This document shows, one piece after another, positions 17,453-27,300 of a DNA stretch of 54,454 bases. The notes under the pieces were generated by a model that made no database searches, was not told where the DNA came from, and saw nothing but the letters and a program-made list of their open reading frames with translations. Source of the DNA: a virus (lineage: Duplodnaviria; Caudoviricetes); the IMG/VR virus record IMGVR_UViG_3300031974_003269, positions 1 to 54,454 of that record; one strand, written 5' to 3'. Made by a program: the position numbers and the translations under genes. Each line of letters opens with the position of its first letter. The first letter of the stretch is position 1.

Positions 17453-17486
17453 GCTCCGAGTCGCCCGCTAGCATACTATCATTCAG
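17451..17486 (+). promoter_or_regulatory. Early promoter copy 2 (TTGCTC-17-TACTAT)
   Basis: Shares spacer, -10 and downstream bases with 8459-8481. Confidence 0.65.
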
Positions 17487-17530
17487 TTACCATTTCTTTT
17501 TCAAACTCGGGTTTCCTAATTCTATTCAGT

Positions 17531-17902
17531 ATGGCACTGAATAAATCAGATTCCGAGTTCTCTCCTGATGGTGAGGACACCAACAGTAACGCCGTATCTT
17601 CCAAACTCATTGCTGAGCTTGGTGAAGATACTCAACACTCTGCCGTCGTGGACGGCATCCGTGAGCATATAAGCCAGTCAGGGACTGCTTACATGCTTAT
17701 GGACTTTACCTTCGAGAATACGAAGAGCAACTCTCCGCTTCTCAAAGGCAAGTCAGCCACCGCTTACCTTGACAGGTTCGGTGGCAAAAATGCGATCGCC
17801 AAAGGCTCTCGCATCGCAGTCAATCTCGGGATTGACAAAGACGGTTACCCCAGCATAGGTGCTGGCGGTAAACGCCTTAACAAACTACTTCCTAGTAAGT
17901 AG
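17531..17902 (+). CDS. Hypothetical protein in its own transcription unit
   Basis: Bounded by own promoter and terminator. Confidence 0.7.
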   Translation: MALNKSDSEFSPDGEDTNSNAVSSKLIAELGEDTQHSAVVDGIREHISQSGTAYMLMDFTFENTKSNSPLLKGKSATAYLDRFGGKNAIAKGSRIAVNLGIDKDGYPSIGAGGKRLNKLLPSK

Positions 17903-17908
17903 CTTGTT

Positions 17909-17941
17909 AGCCTCTGCCCTTACGGGTAGAGGCTTTTTTTT
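17909..17941 (+). terminator. Intrinsic terminator
   Basis: AGCCTCTGCCC-TTAC-GGGTAGAGGCT followed by T tract. Confidence 0.85.
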
Positions 17942-17994
17942 GCTCCGAGTCGGTTGCCTTACCCTCACTGACGCACTAAATTCTGCACTCAGAC

Positions 17995-18220
17995 TCTCAG
18001 GGATCAAGGGACTCGCACACTCATCCCTTCATCTCCTGACCCGTGGCTGGATTCCGAATCCAGTGCGTCCGCTCACGCAAGTCATTGCCTCGTAGCTAGT
18101 TACAATGTTGCTCGGTGCCTTCTGCACCGACATTGCACCTATTCGCGATTGCAACTGGCAATAGCAGGCCCCCCACATCCCGCGGGGTACCAACTATCAC
18201 TACCACTCGCAATCGCTATC
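17995..18220 (-). ncRNA. Candidate antisense structured RNA
   Basis: Series of hairpins; in the 18145-18216 stem the plus-strand A-C mismatches become G-U pairs on the minus strand. Confidence 0.45.
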
Positions 18221-18354
18221 AATCACAGAAATAAAAAAAGAAATCTTTTGGAAGGCGTTCCTGCCGGATAAATCATGCAGATTGATGTGTAATCTATGAA
18301 AACACTGATTTTTGAGCATTAAGCGAGGTTTTTGCCTCTTTTAACCGGCCGACC

Positions 18355-18390
18355 CAACCGCTAGCCCCCGGGGTACCAAAAATGTACATT
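18355..18390 (+). promoter_or_regulatory. Late-type promoter upstream of TerS (CAACCGC-TAGCCC-17-TACATT)
   Basis: Same geometry as other late promoters. Confidence 0.55.
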
Positions 18391-18411
18391 GTATCGCAAA
18401 GAGGACTCCTT

Positions 18412-18804
18412 ATGGCGAATAAACAAATAACAAGATTACGCGAAGACGTACATAAGTTCATCCATGACGATGACTTCGAATCTGCTATTACAGCTCTTCG
18501 AGAAGGGCTAAAAGCCAACCACACCGTCAGAAAAAGCCGCGATGACGGCCAAAGAGGTGTAGAATACAGCGAAGTTCCTTGCCATACAGTACGCTTAACA
18601 GCGGCAAAACTGCTTTTAGAGTACGGATTTGGAAAACCAGCTACTCGAGCCGAGATTACAGTCACAAAAGACACCACTCGCGAGATAACAACAGGCGATA
18701 TTTTAGCCAGATTTCGCAGTTCAGGCATGGATTTGAACGAAATCGTCGATGTTTACGCAGAATCCGTCGAAAAAGAGCCAATTTTACTCGAAAATGAAGA
18801 CTAG
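18412..18804 (+). CDS. Putative terminase small subunit
   Basis: P.H.VRL.AAKLLLEYGFGKP motif; first gene of late block upstream of TerL. Confidence 0.6.
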   Translation: MANKQITRLREDVHKFIHDDDFESAITALREGLKANHTVRKSRDDGQRGVEYSEVPCHTVRLTAAKLLLEYGFGKPATRAEITVTKDTTREITTGDILARFRSSGMDLNEIVDVYAESVEKEPILLENED

Positions 18805-19084
18805 TTACGAAGATTTTCTTAAAAGGGTGCGAAATAACGACATTGTAGGCGCCTCCGACAGCTTAAAAGCTTCTGCCGTCAACGCATACAGCGATCAAAA
18901 CGCGACAAACAGTAAAAGTTTAGAGAATCCCGCCGGATCTTTAGGTTCTTTGTCGTCATGGCGCAAAACTGTAGAGATGCACCCCCAAATTTTCCGAAAT
19001 GTTTCGCCAGAATACCCTCCACGAGGGTTTACCCCCGAAGAGTGGCGCGAATACAGAAGACGCCACTTTGGAACCGATTTATGA
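18794..19084 (+). CDS. Hypothetical protein
   Basis: Operon packing. Confidence 0.55.
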   Translation: MKTSYEDFLKRVRNNDIVGASDSLKASAVNAYSDQNATNSKSLENPAGSLGSLSSWRKTVEMHPQIFRNVSPEYPPRGFTPEEWREYRRRHFGTDL

Positions 19085-19263
19085 CAATGAACCCTTTAAA
19101 ACAATTTGAAAACGAACTCTCCGCGGTATTTGTCCGCTGGTGGGAGGAATCTGACATCGACGAGCATGAAATGGCTGAAACTGCTATGCTTGTTATCGAC
19201 AGATTCTGCTCAACCGACATCGAATTCGAAGCCGATTTCGATCTAGACGATATCGAGGAGTAA
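19081..19263 (+). CDS. Small acidic hypothetical protein
   Basis: ATGA overlap; RWWEESD, acidic tail. Confidence 0.6.
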   Translation: MTMNPLKQFENELSAVFVRWWEESDIDEHEMAETAMLVIDRFCSTDIEFEADFDLDDIEE

Positions 19264-19346
19264 CATGTTCGACATAGCAACAATCAAATGGATGAACACG
19301 GATGAACAGATCCGTATTCGCCAGGCAAAAGCGAGAAAACTGAACC

Positions 19347-19475
19347 ATGCCAGCAAAGAAAAAAAGTAAAAAAGGACCTTGTTGGAAGGGGTACCAAGCC
19401 GTCGGCATGAAGAAAAAAGGCGGAAGAAAGGTACCTAACTGCGTACCCAAGAAAGGAGCGAGTAGAGGAAGATAA
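19347..19475 (+). CDS. Small basic phage protein with CWKGY...VPNCV motif
   Basis: Manual translation MPAKKKSKKGPCWKGYQAVGMKKKGGRKVPNCVPKK; TAATG coupling. Confidence 0.75.
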   Translation: MPAKKKSKKGPCWKGYQAVGMKKKGGRKVPNCVPKKGASRGR

Positions 19476-19747
19476 TGCCAGCAAAAAGAAAACCAAGTAA
19501 CCCCATTCGTAAGACTACGAAGGGCAAAGGAGCTAACTACCGCAAAACAAAAGACGGCGCTGGCATGACCGCAAAAGGTGTTGCTGCATATCGCCGTGCT
19601 AATCCAGGATCCAAGCTCAAGACTGCGGTCACCGGCAAGGTCAAAAAGGGTAGTAAAGCGGCCAAACGCCGTAAAGCTTTCTGTGCAAGAAGTAAGAGTT
19701 GGACTGGCGAGAGGGGTAAAGCTGCCCGCCGCCGCTGGAAATGTTAA
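19475..19747 (+). CDS. Basic phage protein (DUF6321-like)
   Basis: GMTAKGVAAYRRANPGSKLKTAVTG...RRKAFCAR...RRWKC. Confidence 0.75.
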   Translation: MPAKRKPSNPIRKTTKGKGANYRKTKDGAGMTAKGVAAYRRANPGSKLKTAVTGKVKKGSKAAKRRKAFCARSKSWTGERGKAARRRWKC

Positions 19748-19748
19748 A

Positions 19749-20900
19749 ATGAAAGAGTATTTGGAAGACGGCTACGAGGTTGAACCTTTTATGCCAGGGA
19801 TTAGTCCCGTTGGTAAAGCTACCCCACCAACAAAAACGGTAAATATACCTACCCCTTATGTGCCGTATGGTACAGGGTATAAATACTTAAGGTCTAAACC
19901 AGGATTCAGGAAAGTTAACAACGCCGTTAGAAATCAAATTATAGCTGAATACGGTTTGGGGAAACCTGTAGAAACTGAAAGAGGTCAAGGATTCAGATCA
20001 AAGATAACTTTGATGGATATTTTGGATCCAAAATCGGAGCCAAGACGACGCCCATACCTGCGATCAGAAACGGGACCAGCTTTTAAGCAAGGGTACAAAC
20101 AAATACCTAAAGGGATGGAAGTAACCTCAGACATAGATTTTTATACTAAGCATGCTATGGGGGAAATTTTTGATACTTTACACCCTCCTTACAATGGAAG
20201 CAGCAGTTCTTTAGGAGGTCAGTACGACTCGGTTAATAAGGTTGTTATTGTTCCAGAAAAAGGACCCGACTACCCTAAAACTAAAATTCCACCACGCGTT
20301 GTAACAGACGGCATAGAAAACTACGCTACTGATGATTCAAAAATATTAACCGATGCCGAATTAGATTCTAGAGGGATTAGAAGACATGAGTTTGGTCATG
20401 TAGTCGACTATGAGACGGGCAAGGCTGTAGGCTCTCAGAATTCTCCTTTAAAAGCAGAACTACCTGCAAGGGTAGCTGAAACAAAATCTATTAGACAAGG
20501 TTTGGACAAAACAATGAACCACTTACCCGCCTACGAAGAAAGGTTAATTTCTGAAATTAACCGGCGAAATATAATGGATATACCGTACGACTCTAAATGG
20601 AAAGAAACAGTCGACGCAAGTATGAACGAAAAAGGAAATTTTCCAGAAGCACAGGCCAAGCAAGACATTTTAGATAAACAAAGCAAACCTTACAAAATAG
20701 CTAATAAAGTACTTCAAAAAATCCCAAGCAAGCCTGGAATGTTTACTGGAAGAGTGCCAACCTTTGTAGGTATAGGAGGTAACTTAGTTGATATGGTTAT
20801 GATGTCCCCAGATTACCAGCGGGCTAAGGAAGACCCCACTTTTGGTATAGGCGAGGCCGAGCGCGAAAGACTCGAGGCTGCCTACCAATACGGATTATGA
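19749..20900 (+). CDS. Hypothetical protein with zincin-like HExxH motif
   Basis: RRHEFGHVVD followed by AELPA. Confidence 0.6.
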   Translation: MKEYLEDGYEVEPFMPGISPVGKATPPTKTVNIPTPYVPYGTGYKYLRSKPGFRKVNNAVRNQIIAEYGLGKPVETERGQGFRSKITLMDILDPKSEPRRRPYLRSETGPAFKQGYKQIPKGMEVTSDIDFYTKHAMGEIFDTLHPPYNGSSSSLGGQYDSVNKVVIVPEKGPDYPKTKIPPRVVTDGIENYATDDSKILTDAELDSRGIRRHEFGHVVDYETGKAVGSQNSPLKAELPARVAETKSIRQGLDKTMNHLPAYEERLISEINRRNIMDIPYDSKWKETVDASMNEKGNFPEAQAKQDILDKQSKPYKIANKVLQKIPSKPGMFTGRVPTFVGIGGNLVDMVMMSPDYQRAKEDPTFGIGEAERERLEAAYQYGL

Positions 20901-22666
20901 CCCAAGACAAAACCCAACAGCTTCAGGATCTTATTCGTATCGATCCTGAGGTCTGGTTCAGTACATTTGCGGTAATCAAGGACAAGCGGGGCAAGGATAT
21001 CAAGCCCAAGCCGAATACCTTGCAGAAGCGTATGTTCGCTCATTATCGGAAATGCCAGATCGAGGATAAGCCATGTAAAATGATTATCCTGAAACCTCGT
21101 CAGAAAGGTGCGAGTACCTGCGCCCAGGCTCTGACATATCACCATATGCGTAAGCATCCGACATTGTCTGGCTCATTGATGGGGGATATCAGCGGCACAT
21201 CCGATAAAGTTTTCGAGATCTATCGCCGATATGCGGAAAATGATCTGTTTCCTTGGGAGCCTGATGGAGCGGCCAGTATCATGGAGGGCGGATCTCTTGT
21301 TGATTTAATCAAGCTACGAAGCGGTAGTCAGTATGGTAAAGAAACCGCGGGATCTAAGAATGCAGGAAGATCAGGAACGATCCAGGTTGGTAACATGACT
21401 GAGGTCGCATTCTGGCCTATGCAGGGAGAAAGAGACCCAGCTCTTGGATATTTGCAGAGTTTATATGACGGTGACAATTTATCTTTAGTTGTCGCGGATT
21501 CCACACCTAACGGTCCAGCCGGTTGGTTCTATCGTACCTGGGTGCAGGACAATGAATGGGCCAAGATCTTTGCTGCATGGTTTGAATTTGAGGACTCCAC
21601 AATCCCATTTAATAGCGAGGAGGAAAAACAGGACTTCATTGATACCATGACCGAGGACGAGAAGTCCGAGATGGAAAGATTCGATGTAAATTACGAGCAA
21701 TTGAATTGGCGTCGCCGTGTTCTTCAGGACAAATGTAATGGAGATATCAGCAAGTTTCGGCAGGAGTATCCCAGCGATCCTGAGGAATGTTTCTTAATGT
21801 CATCTCGTCCTAGATTCCACACCGGAAATCTGGATAAAATGATCAAAGCATCCAAGAATGTAACTTGTAAATTTGGTAATCTAGCTGTTCAGGGCGATGG
21901 AAGAAACGCTAGCTTCAACCCCGATAGGGCGGGGAGCTGGAAGATTTACGAAGAACCTGTCTACGATTCAAAATATCTGGTATCAATTGATACCTGTACA
22001 GGCGAAGATCAACAGACTCAGGGCTTAGCCGCAGATCCTGACTATCATTCCGTCCAGGTTTGGAAAGCACCTTATGAAGACTGGCATGGCAACTGGCACG
22101 TACCACGACTTGTAGCATTGCACCACAGTCGTTTGGACATTGGTATACTAGCCCACGAAGTCGAAGCCGTCGCCCGTTGGTATGGTAATGCATTCGTCAT
22201 CCCTGAGGTCAACAATTCTGGACTGGCGTTGTTAAAATATCTTCTCGATATGGGTCTTACGGTCTATCGACGCAGAAAATTTAATGATTCTATGGGCATG
22301 GTCGAAAAAAGTTTTGGGTGGAGCACCGATAAGATTACTAGAAAAACTGTTATCGATCATCTGGCCGCAGAATTAATTGATGAGAATATAGATATCCCCG
22401 ACGAAGACGTTCTCCGAGAAATGAAAACCTTCGTAATCAATGAACGAGGCAAGCCCGAAGCAGCCCCCGGCCATCACGATGACCACGTTCTAGCGGCAGC
22501 TATTGCACTATATAACATTGATAACGCAACGACTTACAAGCTTCCGAAAAAGAAGAAGATTACCACCCGCATGCTACACAAGAATCCTAGTCTTTTATGT
22601 CCTGACGGCTTCATGCGGGTGCCCCTCAATGCATTGCGAAAGAATTACAAGCGGTTGAGCCCTTAA
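20897..22666 (+). CDS. terL: Terminase large subunit
   Basis: ILKPRQKGAST Walker A, STPNG, FRQEYP, PEVNNSG, HHDDHVLA nuclease motif. Confidence 0.93.
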   Translation: MTQDKTQQLQDLIRIDPEVWFSTFAVIKDKRGKDIKPKPNTLQKRMFAHYRKCQIEDKPCKMIILKPRQKGASTCAQALTYHHMRKHPTLSGSLMGDISGTSDKVFEIYRRYAENDLFPWEPDGAASIMEGGSLVDLIKLRSGSQYGKETAGSKNAGRSGTIQVGNMTEVAFWPMQGERDPALGYLQSLYDGDNLSLVVADSTPNGPAGWFYRTWVQDNEWAKIFAAWFEFEDSTIPFNSEEEKQDFIDTMTEDEKSEMERFDVNYEQLNWRRRVLQDKCNGDISKFRQEYPSDPEECFLMSSRPRFHTGNLDKMIKASKNVTCKFGNLAVQGDGRNASFNPDRAGSWKIYEEPVYDSKYLVSIDTCTGEDQQTQGLAADPDYHSVQVWKAPYEDWHGNWHVPRLVALHHSRLDIGILAHEVEAVARWYGNAFVIPEVNNSGLALLKYLLDMGLTVYRRRKFNDSMGMVEKSFGWSTDKITRKTVIDHLAAELIDENIDIPDEDVLREMKTFVINERGKPEAAPGHHDDHVLAAAIALYNIDNATTYKLPKKKKITTRMLHKNPSLLCPDGFMRVPLNALRKNYKRLSP

Positions 22667-22683
22667 TATATACCAAGTAATTT
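22648..22683 (+). promoter_or_regulatory. Late promoter, probably leaderless (CAAGCGG-TTGAGC-17-TAATTT)
   Basis: ATG follows the -10 by 6 nt. Confidence 0.6.
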
Positions 22684-22689
22684 TTTTCT

Positions 22690-24363
22690 ATGAGTTTCGA
22701 AACTATACTGGATAAACTATCGAGGGCTTCTAATTATTCTTGGGGTACGGACGAAGATCTGTTCTACAGCGCCATAGATGATTTAAAGAACATGCCCGGC
22801 TCATACCAGGAGAATTTAAAATCCCTTAATGCACTACTACCAGATTTTAAGAGGACTGTAATCAGCCCTACCGGCGGAGAAATTGAGATTCCAGCTTTTG
22901 ACGGGATTACAAGTCTTGAAGATTTAGTAAAAGATGAGTTTGAAGGCCAAGAATTGAGAGGCATTCAAAAAAGACTTGGGTTCGATGCAGTTAACAGAGG
23001 GGGTAGAGTAATCAAAGCAGAACCGGTTGATATTGATAATCCAGCTCCAGCAGAGAAAAAAGAGCCTGCATTTGAACCATTACCAGAGCCCAAGCCACTA
23101 CCAGAACCTGCTCAAAACAACCCAGTAGCAGAAGCTGAGGCGGAAGCCCCAGCCAACCCAGTAAGAGACGTAGATGCACCAATACCTGGCAGCTTCAGAG
23201 CTGCTCAATTGAACAGAGCTGCACAAAGGCAGAAATCAGCATCCGCACCAACTCCTAACGCTGGGGATCGCACGCAGAAATTTTTAGCAGACAGTGCTCA
23301 AAACATTTTAGATCAGGAGAATTCCATTCGCGAAAATCGACAGTTCCAAAGAGATAGCTATTCTAAAGAAGGCGGTCTTATGGATCAATGGATAGATCGA
23401 AACACCACTTTAAATAATGCAGGTCAGAGAGTAGCTACTAACGAAAGAGCTGACAAAATTTTAAGAAAGTTTGGGTCAGACCCAAGACTCTGGGATGATG
23501 CTGTTAAGAATAGTTTTATTAGAAACTACAATTTAGGAAATCTCGACGACCCAGCTCCTGCACCAACTACCGCGCCTATTTACGGTAAAGAAGGTTTAAT
23601 AGGACATCAATCTCTCGAGGACATGGAAAGAGAGATGGGTGGAAAAAGTATAAAAGTAGGAGATATGCCTGTTAGCCGTGAGCAACAAATGATCGATGAG
23701 ATTCAAGCCGAGATTGATCGATCGGGCGTCAGCCCATTCGGTCCTGAGGCACAAGCCGCGTATAATAGAAGCAAGAATCCTAGGCACTATACTGAAGAGT
23801 TTGATAACAAGCTCAAGGCGGATGCCCGAGCAAATGTCATAAATAAACAAGCAAGCCAAGGAGTAGATTTTGCCAGAGCCTACGCTCCCCAAGACATTCT
23901 CAATATGGCTCCGCCAATGCCAAAAGCTCCGACCTCCATGGGTTTCTCGAAAGCTGCGCAGGATTATAACACAATGAATGTTCTTGATGAAAGAGCATCA
24001 GCGGCTCTGGATGTGAAGAATACTCTAGATTCAATGCACCCTATCGGTACATATAAACCAGGCACCAAAGGTCTAGGCCCAAGTAATCAACCGCAGTACA
24101 ACCCAACAGTTCCTAAGTACGAACCTTTTTCAGATTTAAGCGGTCAGAACAGGTCAGCGTTAGTTAAACCGGTTAGAGATGATGTTAATGATATTTTAGA
24201 CCAGGCTCCCATACCAAAACCTTCGTCGTTCCCGAAGTATGTGGATAGGCCTGTTTCAAGACCAACTCCCTCAGATCCAAACTGGAAGAGCCCTGTAGTT
24301 AAAAAATTCGTGGGTGACGAAATACGTAAAAAGAGATTTTTGGGGCTACCTTACACTCTGTAA
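22690..24363 (+). CDS. Pro-rich putative internal virion protein
   Basis: Low-complexity 557 aa ORF before giant protein. Confidence 0.6.
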   Translation: MSFETILDKLSRASNYSWGTDEDLFYSAIDDLKNMPGSYQENLKSLNALLPDFKRTVISPTGGEIEIPAFDGITSLEDLVKDEFEGQELRGIQKRLGFDAVNRGGRVIKAEPVDIDNPAPAEKKEPAFEPLPEPKPLPEPAQNNPVAEAEAEAPANPVRDVDAPIPGSFRAAQLNRAAQRQKSASAPTPNAGDRTQKFLADSAQNILDQENSIRENRQFQRDSYSKEGGLMDQWIDRNTTLNNAGQRVATNERADKILRKFGSDPRLWDDAVKNSFIRNYNLGNLDDPAPAPTTAPIYGKEGLIGHQSLEDMEREMGGKSIKVGDMPVSREQQMIDEIQAEIDRSGVSPFGPEAQAAYNRSKNPRHYTEEFDNKLKADARANVINKQASQGVDFARAYAPQDILNMAPPMPKAPTSMGFSKAAQDYNTMNVLDERASAALDVKNTLDSMHPIGTYKPGTKGLGPSNQPQYNPTVPKYEPFSDLSGQNRSALVKPVRDDVNDILDQAPIPKPSSFPKYVDRPVSRPTPSDPNWKSPVVKKFVGDEIRKKRFLGLPYTL

Positions 24364-24392
24364 GTTATTGTCACTAACTTATATTTTTAGCT

Positions 24393-27300
24393 ATGCCTGA
24401 CAGTTTCCCAGGTTTAGATTTAGGGCAAAAAGACTACAGCCCAGAGGATGAAGACGACATTCTCGGGCTGAATAAGTTTACTAGCAAACCAAGCCCTAGA
24501 AAATTCCAGCCATTTGGCGGTTCTTTGCAGCAGCAAGCTCCAACATTTCAGGAGCCTCAGCAGATAGAGCAACCTCAACAGACAAACGAGTACTACAATG
24601 TTTTTGACGATGCTCAGCTAGGACAGTTCGAGCAGTTAGACAAGATGGCTTCTCTGTCTTCTAAGTATAAATCTAGTGCCGATAAGGTCTACAAGCTTAG
24701 GGAGAAGAACCTAGAAGACTTCGTAGCTAACGATCTAAAACCTTTTTATGACGAGTACGGAGCAGGATTCGATTACAAAGATAATTACGATCAATATATT
24801 TCCGAGCTGCAGGATTTAGAAAAGCAGTATTTTAAACAAAGTAAAAAAGAAGACGGCTTTTTCAGTAGCGAAAGTGATGCTCGAGCTAGCGCTAATCAAA
24901 TGCTTAGTAAGTTTAAAAAATTCTCAGGTAGAAATGGACTACTAGATAGATTTAACCGTTTTAAATCCGAGCTAGATAGATACGGCAAGATCAGAGATGC
25001 CGCGGCTGCGGAGCAAGCTAAGTACGAAGAAGTTTTATTAAGTATCCCGATGCAGGAACGTCTTGCGTTGGAAGAAGGATTAAAAGGTCCTAAAACACGT
25101 AAGTCAAAAAAGCAGGTAAATGAAGCGTTGGACTCGATGCAATTCGAGAAACCTATGTATAATTACTACGACGGTTTGTTAAACGTCGATAAGGTTGACC
25201 CACGCTACAAACCTAAAGTTGATTTCGAGGACGGAAGAACCGCTACACGCCAAGCTGAAAGAATGGATATGGCGTATCGCGGTAAGTTCGAAGGACTACT
25301 ATCACGCCGTGACCAAGTTCTTAAAGATCGTCAGATGCGCGATCGAGGAGTGTTCTTTTCTAGTAACGGTACCGTAGACGGAAGACCGTTTCAACTGTCC
25401 CGAGAAGATGTCGACATCCTCGATTTGAATGACATTCGTAAGACAGGAATTAAAAACTACAAAGGCAAACCTATAGATGAAGCTATTGCAAGTTTAGGAG
25501 GCGAGGAAAGACTTAAAGTAGCTGAATTATTGCAAGCAGTCTTTACCGCATATAGTAATAGAGAAGACCGTCAGATAGCTTACTTTAACAACGGTAAGAC
25601 CGACGCCGATAAAGAAGCTATGGAAAAAGCTAACGAGGCGTTTGAAGGTATTCTTCTACATGCAGCCGATAAAGGTCTTACCGACGAAATAGTTAAAAGC
25701 AATGAAAGCCAAGGTTTTCTAAGTTCAATCACTTCATTTTTTGGGAACGCTATTAAGCGTGGCTGGCACACAAGCGAGTTGGCTGAGTATGCCGACGATT
25801 TCTTTTTGAATAATATGGATGAGACTGCTTTCGAGCAGTTTATTGCCGCAGCGGAGAATTTAGAGCAAGTACCAACCAGTAAATCTTTGCAGAACTTCAT
25901 GGGGTCAGACAGCGACGGTGTTATGGAATCGCTTGGCAACCTTCTGTTTGAAAATCCCGCGGCCATACCTGAGATGTTCGTAGAGTCTCTGGCTTCCTTC
26001 TTACCTACTTATGTAAAGACTGCCCCAGCTACACTAGGTGCTTCTTTTGCAGCCGGCCTACCTTTTGGTGGAGTTCCTGGGGGCATGACAGGTTTAGGTG
26101 TAGGTGCTCGTTTAAACTGGGGTATAGCTTCCGCAGCTATCGAGTATTCTTCGACTATACTAGAGGAAATGAAGGGGTTAGGTATTGATTATAAAAACCC
26201 GAGAGTTTTTATGGCGGCCTGGAATAACGAAGCTACTCGAAACGCGGTCGTCGAAAAAGCGGAGAAGCGTGGTTTAGCTATCGGTACATTAGACGCAATC
26301 GCCGGTATGATGGGAAGCCGAGTTGCAAACGTGCTTCATCACACAGGTAATGCAGCTAAAGGCGGTAAGCTACTAGACTCAAAAGCTTGGAACAGATCTA
26401 AGCTTACAACTCCTAGATTCACCAAGTTTCAACGCGGTAGAAACGCGGCTTTAGAAATCGGAACCGACAGTACTTTAGGAACTTCCGGCGAACTTATCGC
26501 ACAGCTTTTAACTAGAGAAGAGGGTGAGAAGTTAGATTACAACTCTCTCATTGCTGAAGGTATTATTGGCGTAGGTCCTGGTCTTTTAGGAGCAGTAAAC
26601 GAAGTCCGAGGATCTGCCGACGTATCCAATGTACCTTTTGATTTATCAGAAGAGCAGGAAACAGCCACAGGTACTACTGGTAAGATCAGTGCAGCTGGTT
26701 TTAATAACCAGTACAACACTTTCAAGGATGCTCAATCAGCAACAGCGTTTATTATCGAACAAGCTGATGTAACAGGCGACCAGCAAAATGCTTTAGTCGA
26801 CATATTTTCTCGATTGTACGACGCAAACAGTAAAGAGATGTCGAATCTTAAAATTGTTGTAGCTGAACGCACTCCTTTCAAGGACACAGAAAACCCCGCT
26901 TCTTTTCATAACATCGAAGGTCAGAGGGTGATATTTCTTAACAAAAACGCCGTTGGGACAAATCCAGTAGGAGCTTTCTTACACGAGTCCGGACATTTAG
27001 CTCGTTTGCTCATGGGTATAGAAGATTCTAATCTTCTAGGCATGTACGATGCTCTCGGGCAACAAGGCAAACAAGATGCTGCTGCTCAGTACATCACCAA
27101 AAACCACGGCCAGAAATACTCTAAATTAGACGAAACCACCCAAAAACAAGTAGACAAACACTTAGCTAATACAAGACCTACTGAGTTAGCTGATGAGTGG
27201 TTTGCTTATCAATTTGCAAGAGTGCTAACAGGTAATACTGCTGAAAAATCAGTACAGACTCCTTTGCAACAGTTTTTAAAGTCTACTCTTCGACCACTAT

